Below, one piece after another: positions 56,670 to 64,000 of a stretch of DNA of 64,000 nucleotides. The notes beneath the pieces are model-generated. The model did not search any database. It saw only the letters and a program-made list of their open reading frames with translations, and was not told the DNA's origin. The translations under genes were made by a program, and so were the position numbers. The stretch comes from Rubrivivax sp. (GTDB lineage: Bacteria > Pseudomonadota > Gammaproteobacteria > Burkholderiales > Burkholderiaceae_C), in the NCBI GenBank assembly GCA_049841175.1, contig JASGHA010000004.1, forward strand, positions 38,077-102,076. The letters are read 5' to 3'. How positions within the stretch are numbered: position 1 is the stretch's first letter; the number at the start of each line of letters is the position of its first letter.

Positions 56670-57056
56670 GTGATCCAAGACGCCTACCACAGCTACCACG
56701 CCGTCGACCTCGGGGCCCGCACCGCGCAGGCCTCGCCGGTGCAGCTCGTGCTGATCCTCACCGACGGCCTGATCGAGGAACTCGCCCGCGCGCGGGCCCA
56801 CATCGTCGCGCGCCGCTACGAGGCCAAGGCCCAGAGCCTGGAGAAGTGCGTCGCGATCCTCAACGGCCTGTCCAGCGCGCTCGACCTGGAGCAGGGCGGC
56901 GAGCTGGTGCAGAACCTCGAGCGCCTGTACGACTTCTGCGCCCGCCAGCTCTACAAGGCCGGGCAGCAGCTGGAGCCGCGCCACGTCGACGAGGTCGTCG
57001 CGCTGCTGCAGACGCTGCGCAACGGCTGGCAAGGCCTGCAGGCGCGCCATGGCTGA
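56670..57056 (+). CDS. fliS: Flagellar chaperone FliS
   Basis: ASPVQLVLIL, LDLEQGGELVQNLERLYDF, LRNGW. Confidence 0.93.
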   Translation: MIQDAYHSYHAVDLGARTAQASPVQLVLILTDGLIEELARARAHIVARRYEAKAQSLEKCVAILNGLSSALDLEQGGELVQNLERLYDFCARQLYKAGQQLEPRHVDEVVALLQTLRNGWQGLQARHG

Positions 57057-57348
57057 GGCGCAGGCGATGGACCGTCTGAGCGCCGCGCTGCGCCAGGCCG
57101 CCGAGCGCGGCGACTGGGACGCGCTGGCCGCGGCCGACGCCGCCGCGGCGGCGCTGCTGCGCGAACGCCTGGAGGCCGGGGCCAGCGACGACGCCGCCGC
57201 GCTGGCGCGCCTGCGCGCTGCCCATGCCCATGCGCAGCGCCGCTGCGCCGAAGCCTCGGCCGACGCCGGCCGGCGCCTGCTCGAACTCGCCCGCCGGCGC
57301 GACGCCGCCCAGGGTTATGCGGCGCTCGACGCCGAGGAGGCCGCATGA
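57049..57348 (+). CDS. FliT-like small flagellar protein
   Basis: Follows fliS; GDWDALAAAD; helical. Confidence 0.6.
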   Translation: MAEAQAMDRLSAALRQAAERGDWDALAAADAAAAALLRERLEAGASDDAAALARLRAAHAHAQRRCAEASADAGRRLLELARRRDAAQGYAALDAEEAA

Positions 57349-58424
57349 TCGTCGACACCCTGCCGCCGGCCCCGGCTGCCGCCACCCCGCCCGACGCGCC
57401 GGTGCGCCCGGCCGCCGCCCCGGTGACGCCGGTGCAGGCCGAGCCGGCCGCCGTCGCGCTGCCGGCCTGGAACGACAGCCTGCTGGCCGCGGCGCTGGCG
57501 CCGACCCTCGCCGCCGACACGCCGGCCGCCGCCGAAGGCGCCGAGGCCGCTCAGGACGACCCGGCCGATGGCGCCGACGCCGTGCCGGCCGACTGGGCCG
57601 GGGCGCTCCAGGTCGACGTGCTGGCGACCCTGTGGCGTGCGGTCCAGGTGCCGAATGCGACGCCCGACGCGGCTCCCGTGGCCACCAACACCGCCAGTAC
57701 CGGCTCTCCGGCGCCGGCCGTTGCCGTCAGCGCGCCTGCGGCCGCCACGCTGCCCGTCGTGGCCGCGCCGGCAGCGCTCGCCACGCCGATGCCGGCCGCG
57801 GGTGCCGCAGCGCTGCCCGACGCCCAGACCCCGGCCCCGGCCACCGCCGTGGCCGACACCGCCCGTGCGCCGGCCGCCGTCGCCGCCCCGGCGCGCAGCA
57901 GCGACGCCGCGCCGGCGCCTGAAGTCGCCGACGTTTCCACGCTCGCCGCACAGGCCCCGGCCGCCGGCCGCAGCCCGGCGCCGGCCGTCGACGCGACCCC
58001 GGCGCTGAAGCTGCCGGCCGCACGCGACGCCTGGAACCAGCCGCTGGTACAGGCGCTGGGCGATCGCCTGCGGCTGCAGCTCGGCCAGGGCGTCGAGCAG
58101 GCGACGATCCGCCTGGACCCGCCCGAGTTGGGCTCGATCGAGATCGTCGTGCGCCGCGAAGCCGGCGTCGTGCACGTGCAGCTGAGCGCCAGCCATCCCG
58201 ACGTGCAGCGCCAGCTGCAGCAGCTCGGCGAGCCGCTGCGCCAGGAACTCGCCCAGCGCCAGGGCGCCGAGGCCAGCGTCGAGGTCGCGCGCCACGGCGC
58301 CGACGCCGACGGCCGCGGTGCACGCGAGCAGGCGCAGCGCGAAGCCGAGGTCGGCCGCGCGCTGGCCGAAGCCGGCGACGAGGACGCCGCCCCGTTCACC
58401 TTCCCGACCCGGACCGCCGCATGA
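57345..58424 (+). CDS. fliK: Flagellar hook-length control protein FliK
   Basis: Pro/Ala-rich N-terminus; ATIRLDPPELGSIEI, VQRQLQQ...LRQEL. Confidence 0.88.
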   Translation: MIVDTLPPAPAAATPPDAPVRPAAAPVTPVQAEPAAVALPAWNDSLLAAALAPTLAADTPAAAEGAEAAQDDPADGADAVPADWAGALQVDVLATLWRAVQVPNATPDAAPVATNTASTGSPAPAVAVSAPAAATLPVVAAPAALATPMPAAGAAALPDAQTPAPATAVADTARAPAAVAAPARSSDAAPAPEVADVSTLAAQAPAAGRSPAPAVDATPALKLPAARDAWNQPLVQALGDRLRLQLGQGVEQATIRLDPPELGSIEIVVRREAGVVHVQLSASHPDVQRQLQQLGEPLRQELAQRQGAEASVEVARHGADADGRGAREQAQREAEVGRALAEAGDEDAAPFTFPTRTAA

Positions 58425-58873
58425 AGAAGTCTCTCGTCATCGCGCTGGCCGCGGCCGGCACCGTGCTGGTCGCCGCCGCCGGCGGCGCCTGGTGGTGGCA
58501 CTCGCGCCAGACCCCGGCCGCGGCCGACGGCAGCGCCGCCCCGGCCCCGCGCCACGACGTCGAGTACCGCTACGTCACGCTGGACAAGACCATCGTGATG
58601 CTGCGCCCCGACAACGGCGGCAACCACTACCTCGCGCTGGACCTCGTGTTCAAGACGCCGGTGAAGAAGGAGCGCGAGACCAAGGACCACCTGCCGCTGC
58701 TGCGCACCATCGTCGTCAAGGCGATGTCGGCGCACACGATGGAGAGCGCCGACAAGCTCGGCATCGAGGACTTCACGCGCGAGATCAACGAGGCCTTCCG
58801 CAAGAGCTACGCCGCCGAGCAGGCCGAGCCGCCGTTCGACGAGGCGCTGATCGCCAAGCTGATCATCGAATGA
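58421..58873 (+). CDS. fliL: Flagellar basal body-associated FliL (LafF-like)
   Basis: N-terminal TM helix, HYLALDLVF, ALIAKLIIE. Confidence 0.82.
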   Translation: MKKSLVIALAAAGTVLVAAAGGAWWWHSRQTPAAADGSAAPAPRHDVEYRYVTLDKTIVMLRPDNGGNHYLALDLVFKTPVKKERETKDHLPLLRTIVVKAMSAHTMESADKLGIEDFTREINEAFRKSYAAEQAEPPFDEALIAKLIIE

Positions 58874-59592
58874 GCGCGCTGCCCCAACTCCGCTACGACG
58901 CGTACGGCGAGCCGCCCGCGGCCGCCGGCGCGCTCGACGAGCAGCGCCTGCTGCTCGCGCACGCGGCCATCGTCAAGCGCGTGGTGCGCCAGTTGCACGC
59001 CCAGGTCGGCGGCGTGATGGGCCGCGAGGACATGGAGCAGGTCGGCCTGATGGGCCTGCTGGAGGCGCTGCGCCGCTACGGCCCGCCCGACGAGCGTTTC
59101 CCGGCTTTCGCCGCGGCGCGCGTGCGCGGCGCCGTGCTCGACGAGCTGCGCCGCCAGGACTGGCGCCCGCGCAGCGTGCGCCAGGAGAGCCACCGCGTGC
59201 GCGACGGCGTGCGCGAGCTGCGCCGCCGCCTCGGCCGCGAGCCCAGCGACAGCGAGGTCGCCGCGGCGCTGGGCATGACGCTGCAGGCGCTGCAGGAGGC
59301 GCAGCGCGCCGAGAACGCCGAGGAGCTGGCGAGCTTCGACGAACTCGTCGCCGAGATGGCCGAGATCCCGTCGGACCAGCGCTCGCCCGAGGACGCCTAC
59401 GTCGCGCGGCGCAGCCTGGAGCAGGCGCTGCGCAGCCTGGACGAGCGCGAGCAGCGTGTCGTGCAGCTCTATTACGAGTTCGACCTCGGCCTGCGCGAGA
59501 TCGCCGCGGTGCTCGGCCTGACCGAGGCGCGCGTCTGCCAGATCAACAAGGGGGCGTTGCGGAAGATGAAGGTCTTCCTGCAGGGCGCCTGA
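58870..59592 (+). CDS. fliA: Flagellar sigma factor (FliA/LafS)
   Basis: EDMEQVGLMGLLEA, RVRGAVLDELRRQDWRPRSVR, LTEARVCQI. Confidence 0.92.
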   Translation: MSALPQLRYDAYGEPPAAAGALDEQRLLLAHAAIVKRVVRQLHAQVGGVMGREDMEQVGLMGLLEALRRYGPPDERFPAFAAARVRGAVLDELRRQDWRPRSVRQESHRVRDGVRELRRRLGREPSDSEVAAALGMTLQALQEAQRAENAEELASFDELVAEMAEIPSDQRSPEDAYVARRSLEQALRSLDEREQRVVQLYYEFDLGLREIAAVLGLTEARVCQINKGALRKMKVFLQGA

Positions 59593-59607
59593 CAGCGAAA
59601 GACCCTC

Positions 59608-60528
59608 ATGCAATCGATCGTCGGCGTCCTCATCATCCTCGGCTGCGTCTTCGGCGGCTTCATGCTGCACGGCGGGCGCTTCTCGGTCATCTGGCAGCCG
59701 GTCGAGCTGCTGATCATCGTCGGCGCCGGCGTCGGCGCCATCGTGCTCGGCAACCCGCGCCACGTGCTCGCCGAGATGTGGCTGCAGATCCGCAAGGTGA
59801 TGCTGCGCAAGAAGCACGGCGACGAGTTCCACCGCCAGCTGCTGCTGCTGATGTACGAGCTGCTGCAGACCGCCGCCGGCGGCCTGAAAGCGCTGGACGC
59901 GCACGTCGAGGCGCCGCACGAGAGCGAGCTCTTCAAGCGCTACCCGCTGGTGCTGCACGAGCCCAAGCTGCTGCACTTCATCGTCGACAACTTCCGCCTG
60001 ATGGCGATGGGCAAGATCAACGCCCACGAACTCGAGGGCGTGCTCGACCAGGAGCTCGAGGCGATCCACGAGGAGCTGTCGCAGCCGGCGCGCTCGCTGG
60101 CCAAGATCGGCGAGGCGATGCCGGGCTTCGGCATCCTGGCCGCGGTGCTGGGCATCGTGATGGCGATGAACGTCGTCGCCGACGGCGCCTCCACCGGCGA
60201 GATCGCGGTGCGCGTGGCCTCGGCGATGGTCGGCACCTTCATCGGCATCTTCTTCTGCTACGGCGTGCTCGACCCGATCAGCAACATGATGAAGCAGCTG
60301 GTCGACGAGGACCTGAGCGCGCTGGAGTCGGTGAAGGTGGTGCTGGTGACGCACGTCTCGGGCAAGCCGCCGCTGCTGGCCATCGACGCCGGCCGCCGCC
60401 TGGTGCAGCTCAACGCCAAGCCCAGCTTCGCCCGCCTGGAGGGCTGGATCGACAAGATGCAGAACCCCGGCGACCCCGACGCCGTTCCGCAGCGCCGAGC
60501 CGGAGACAAGCGTGCCCAGCAAGCCTGA
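59608..60528 (+). CDS. motA: Flagellar stator MotA (LafT)
   Basis: IWQPVELLII, EAMPGFGILAAVLGIV, AMVGTFIGIFFCYG. Confidence 0.94.
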   Translation: MQSIVGVLIILGCVFGGFMLHGGRFSVIWQPVELLIIVGAGVGAIVLGNPRHVLAEMWLQIRKVMLRKKHGDEFHRQLLLLMYELLQTAAGGLKALDAHVEAPHESELFKRYPLVLHEPKLLHFIVDNFRLMAMGKINAHELEGVLDQELEAIHEELSQPARSLAKIGEAMPGFGILAAVLGIVMAMNVVADGASTGEIAVRVASAMVGTFIGIFFCYGVLDPISNMMKQLVDEDLSALESVKVVLVTHVSGKPPLLAIDAGRRLVQLNAKPSFARLEGWIDKMQNPGDPDAVPQRRAGDKRAQQA

Positions 60529-61498
60529 AGCCCTGGCCGCCAAGGGCGGCGGCCACGGCGAGACCATCGTCAAGCGCGCCTCGCGCAAGGGCCACGAAGG
60601 CGGCCACGGCGGCGCCTGGAAGGTCGCGTTCGCCGACTTCTGCCTGGCGCTGCTGTGCCTGTTCCTCGTGCTCTGGCTGCTGGCCGCGCGCGACAAGGAG
60701 AAGGCCGAGGACGCGCTGCGCGCCAGCGGCGCCGGCCTGCTGGCCGACGGTGCCGGCGCGCGCCCGGAGGGCATCGGCGACCGGCCTTCGGGCAGCCTGA
60801 TCGACCGCACGCCGGTGCCCTGGCAAAGCAGCGCCGAGCGCCGCAGCGAGGAGCCGGGCGAGCAGGAGCCGCTGATCGGCAAGCGCCGGCTGGAGTCGCC
60901 CGAGGACCTGCGCGAGCTGCAGCAGACGCTGGCCAAGCTCGGCGAGAAGGCCGGGCTGTCGAACAACCTGCAGAGCGTCGTCACGCCGGCCGGCCTGCGC
61001 ATCCTGCTGCACGACACCGACCGCCAGGGCCTGTTCGAGCTCGGCAGCGCGCGCCCCGGCGCCCGGCTGCAGCAGCTGCTGCGCGAGATGGGGCCGCTGT
61101 TCGCGCAGCTCGAGAACCAGCTGCTGATCGTCGGCCACACCGACGCCGTGCCCTATGCCGGCGACGGCCTGGGCTCGGTGTCCAACTGGGGCCTGTCCAG
61201 CGGCCGGGCGATGGCCGCGCGCACCTGGCTGCGTGTCGGCGGCATGCCCGACCGCAGCGTGCTGCAGGTCGTCGGCATGGCCGACAGCGCGCCGCTGGAC
61301 CCCGAGGACCCGCGTGCCGCGGTCAACCGCCGCATCGAGATGCTGCTGCTGACCGGCGCCCAGGCGCGCGCGATCGAAACGATGTTCGGCGCACCGGTCT
61401 CGCGCGTGCCGCTGACCGAAGGCTCGGACGCCGCCGGCGGCCCGGCCGAGAGCTCGATGCTGCGCCAGCTGCTGCCGACGCGGCTGGGCGTGCGCTGA
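60512..61498 (+). CDS. motB: Flagellar stator MotB (LafU)
   Basis: GGAWKVAFADFCLAL, OmpA-like VGHTD, NWGLSSGRA, NRRIE. Confidence 0.93.
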   Translation: MPSKPEALAAKGGGHGETIVKRASRKGHEGGHGGAWKVAFADFCLALLCLFLVLWLLAARDKEKAEDALRASGAGLLADGAGARPEGIGDRPSGSLIDRTPVPWQSSAERRSEEPGEQEPLIGKRRLESPEDLRELQQTLAKLGEKAGLSNNLQSVVTPAGLRILLHDTDRQGLFELGSARPGARLQQLLREMGPLFAQLENQLLIVGHTDAVPYAGDGLGSVSNWGLSSGRAMAARTWLRVGGMPDRSVLQVVGMADSAPLDPEDPRAAVNRRIEMLLLTGAQARAIETMFGAPVSRVPLTEGSDAAGGPAESSMLRQLLPTRLGVR

Positions 61499-61538
61499 AC
61501 AGGACCCGGCGATGAGAACCAGAACGAGAGGAAGCACC

Positions 61539-61832
61539 ATGAGGATCGTCAGCAACGGCATCGGCCCGGTGGCCCCCGCTGCAGCCACCAGCGCCAGCGA
61601 ACGTGTCGAGACGACGAGCGCCGCCGCCCCGGCGGCCGCGGCCGTCGTCGCGCCCGGCGCGGCGCTCGAGTCCGACGTGCTGAAGCCCGCCGCCACGGCG
61701 CTGGCCGCGATGCCCGAGGTCGACGAGGCGCGGGTCGCCGAGATCCGCGACGCGATCGCGCGCGGCGAGATCGGCTTCGACGCCTCCAAGCTCGCCGGCC
61801 TGATCCTGCGCTACCACGGAGGCCGCGGGTGA
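61539..61832 (+). CDS. flgM: Anti-sigma28 factor FlgM
   Basis: EVDEARVAEIRDAIARGE...KLAGLI. Confidence 0.88.
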   Translation: MRIVSNGIGPVAPAAATSASERVETTSAAAPAAAAVVAPGAALESDVLKPAATALAAMPEVDEARVAEIRDAIARGEIGFDASKLAGLILRYHGGRG

Positions 61833-62254
61833 CGCGTCGCGACGCCTACCGCCGCCTGCTGGCCGGCATCAACGCCGACCTGGGCGCCTACGCCGCGCTG
61901 GCCGAGCTGCTGGAAAAGCAGTTCCGCGCGCTGCTGGCGCACGACGCGATGGCGCTGCAGGCGCTGGGCCCGAGCATCGAGGCGCGTGTCGTCGAACTCG
62001 ACCGCCGCCGTGCCGAACGTGTCGAGCTGGCGGCCGCGCTGGGCGCCGGCGACGCGCCCCGGCCGGTCGAGCGTGTGCTCGAACCGCTGCCGGCGGCCAC
62101 GCGCGAGATCGCGCTGCAGGCCTGGCGCACGCTGGAGACGCGGCTGCAGGTCTGCCGGCGCAAGAACACGCGCAACTGCGAGCTGCTGATGGGGCAGCAC
62201 GCGCATCTGGCGCAACTCAAGGGCGGCGAGGCCGACACCTATGCTCCGGCCTGA
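61829..62254 (+). CDS. flgN: Flagellar export chaperone FlgN
   Basis: Follows flgM; helical; CRRKNTRNCELL. Confidence 0.8.
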   Translation: MTRRDAYRRLLAGINADLGAYAALAELLEKQFRALLAHDAMALQALGPSIEARVVELDRRRAERVELAAALGAGDAPRPVERVLEPLPAATREIALQAWRTLETRLQVCRRKNTRNCELLMGQHAHLAQLKGGEADTYAPA

Positions 62255-62942
62255 AGCCCTCTACACCTCGCCGGCCAGCCCGGCCGTGCCGCAGGGCGTC
62301 GCCCCGGCGGGCGACGGCTCGCCGTCGGCCGAGTTCCGGTCGCTGCACGAGGAGATCGTGCGTTATGTGCGCGACGGCGAAGTCGCCGGCCTCGAGCCGG
62401 CGGCCGGCGGCGCGGCGAGCACGCTGGGCGCCGAGGCGCGGGTGCTGCTGCTGCGTTCCGGCGCCACCGACGACGCCGTCGACGACGAGCAGCGCCGCCG
62501 CTTCGTCGAGCAGGTCGCGCCGCTGGCGCGCGAAGCCGGCGCCCGCCTGGGCGTCGCGCCCGAGATCCTGACCGCGCAGGCGGCGCTGGAGTCGGGCTGG
62601 GGCCAGCGCCCGCTGCGTGCCGCCGACGGCAGCGACAGCCACAACCTCTTCGGCCTGAAGGCCGGTGGCGGCTACGGCGGCGAACGGGTCGCCGCGGCGA
62701 CCACCGAATACGGCGCCCAGGGTGCCTACGCGACGGTGGAGTCGTTCCGCCGCTACGACAGCGCCGCCGAGTCCTTCCGCGACGTCACGCGGCTGCTGCA
62801 GAGCCCGCGCTACCGCGCCGTGCAGGGCACCGGCGCCGACGTCGGCGCCTATGCCGCCGGCCTGATGCAGGGCGGCTACGCCACCGATCCACGCTACGCC
62901 GACAAGCTGCAGGCCGTCGTGCGCAGCCTGCCGCGGCCTTAA
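62241..62942 (+). CDS. FlgJ-like peptidoglycan hydrolase (GH73 glucosaminidase domain)
   Basis: AQAALESGWG, HNLFGLKA, FRRYDS, GYATDPRYADKL. Confidence 0.88.
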   Translation: MLRPEALYTSPASPAVPQGVAPAGDGSPSAEFRSLHEEIVRYVRDGEVAGLEPAAGGAASTLGAEARVLLLRSGATDDAVDDEQRRRFVEQVAPLAREAGARLGVAPEILTAQAALESGWGQRPLRAADGSDSHNLFGLKAGGGYGGERVAAATTEYGAQGAYATVESFRRYDSAAESFRDVTRLLQSPRYRAVQGTGADVGAYAAGLMQGGYATDPRYADKLQAVVRSLPRP

Positions 62943-63652
62943 CGGGGCGAGGACGACATGCTTTCCGGCTCCACCTGCCCCGCTTCGACGACACGCGCCC
63001 GGATGACGTTGCCGTTGGCGGTGTTGCGCACGCGGATCATCTCGCCGCGCCGGCCGGCGTCCAGAGCCTGCCCGGGCACGACGACCTCGACCGACTCGCG
63101 CCGGGCGCGGATCTGCACGCCGTCGCCGCGGCGCACCAGCAGCGGCTCGACGAGCACGCGCGGGCCCAGCGGCTGGCCGGCGGCCAGCGAGCGCTGCGCG
63201 ACGCGGCCGATCGCCTCGTCGGCCTCGGCGAAGAGTTCGGCGCCGGGCGTGATCTCGCGGCGCTCGAAGACGACGTCGTCGGCGCCGATCACGTGCCCCG
63301 AGGCCAGCGGCAGCGCGGCCACCGGCAGCTCGGCGCTGAGCCGGGCGCGCACGACGAACACCTGGCCCGGCGCGTCGCTGCCGGGACAGGAAAGCTCGAA
63401 GCGCATGCGCGAGGGCATGCGTGTGTCCAGTGCGCGCACTTCGGGGGCCGTGCAGGCCGGTGGCCGGCTGGCCGTCGCCGCCCGCGCCTCGACCTGGACC
63501 TGCGGCTCGTGCCAGCCGGCGCGCTCGGCCTGCTCGAGCAGCAGCTTGCGCGCTGCGGCCGCCACCCGCTCTTCGGCTGAGGGCGCGGCCTGCGCCGCGG
63601 CGGCGAGCGCGGCACCGATCAACAAGGTATTCGTCAAGCGGAGGACATGCAT
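62939..63652 (-). CDS. flgA: Flagellar P-ring assembly chaperone FlgA
   Basis: Signal peptide, SAF-like domain, LVRRGDGV, GQALDAGRRGEMIRVRN. The start may be a downstream TTG. Confidence 0.88.
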   Translation of the reverse strand: MHVLRLTNTLLIGAALAAAAQAAPSAEERVAAAARKLLLEQAERAGWHEPQVQVEARAATASRPPACTAPEVRALDTRMPSRMRFELSCPGSDAPGQVFVVRARLSAELPVAALPLASGHVIGADDVVFERREITPGAELFAEADEAIGRVAQRSLAAGQPLGPRVLVEPLLVRRGDGVQIRARRESVEVVVPGQALDAGRRGEMIRVRNTANGNVIRARVVEAGQVEPESMSSSPR

Positions 63653-64000
63653 GGCAATCGATTTCACGAAGGCGCTGGGGGTGCACCCGCAGGCGCTGGC
63701 CCTGCGGGCCCGGCGCACCGAGGTGCTGGCCTCGAACATCGCCAACGAGAGCACTCCCGGCTTCCAGGCCCGCGACGTCGACTTCGCGCAGGCGCTCTCG
63801 CAGGTCGGCGACGAGGCCGCCGGCGGCCCGGCATTAGACACCGACGACGCGCTGAAGTACCGCGTGCCGTACCACGCGCGCCTGGACGGCGGCACCGTCG
63901 AACTCGGCGTCGAGCAGGCCGCGTTCTCGCAGAACGTCTCGGACTTCCAGACCAGCCTGACGTTCGTGAACATGAAACTCAGAGGCCTCGCGAAGGCCAT
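63651..64000 (+). CDS. flgB: Flagellar basal-body rod protein FlgB (3' end beyond the window)
   Basis: MAIDFTKALGVHPQAL...EVLASNIANESTPGFQARDVDF; GGAGG RBS. Confidence 0.93.
   Translation, partial: MAIDFTKALGVHPQALALRARRTEVLASNIANESTPGFQARDVDFAQALSQVGDEAAGGPALDTDDALKYRVPYHARLDGGTVELGVEQAAFSQNVSDFQTSLTFVNMKLRGLAKA

Noticed and set aside
57345-58000. Low-complexity Pro/Ala repeats as a tandem-repeat locus
   Set aside because: This is the normal disordered ruler region of FliK, with no exact nucleotide periodicity.

Overview
A GC-rich betaproteobacterial-type chromosomal window (Burkholderiales-like; inferred, not verified). From left to right it has four blocks. (1) A clade I nitrous-oxide reductase cluster (nosZ-R-D-F-Y-L-L, with divergent cytochrome c5 and nosX). 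It is bracketed on both sides by near-duplicate modules made of a DUF2946/CruR-like uORF (CxxC plus C-terminal RAPP motif) and a TonB-dependent receptor. (2) Housekeeping and accessory genes: cobF, an XRE/ScfR regulator, two thioesterases, a diguanylate cyclase, a PEP-CTERM/phytase-like pair, an AspT/YidE transporter, panBC, satP, azoR and a cysB-like regulator. (3) A lateral-type (fla2/laf) flagellar system with flagellin, a GT41 glycosyltransferase, an HD-GYP protein and a c-di-GMP-I riboswitch. (4) Inside the flagellar locus, an AT-rich island (about 36.0-41.6 kb). The island is an integrase-less integron cassette array (attI-like site, two clear attC sites) carrying a SIR2 protein, a HEPN protein and a membrane protein. 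It is flanked by inverted copies of a covarying stem-loop-stem RNA element resembling IS110 bridge/seek RNA, and also holds an IS110 remnant and an intact IS5. Several single-base frameshifts, clustered in fliH-fliD, may be assembly errors. No CRISPR array, tRNA or rRNA was seen. All calls were made by eye from sequence and motifs; no database searches were run.
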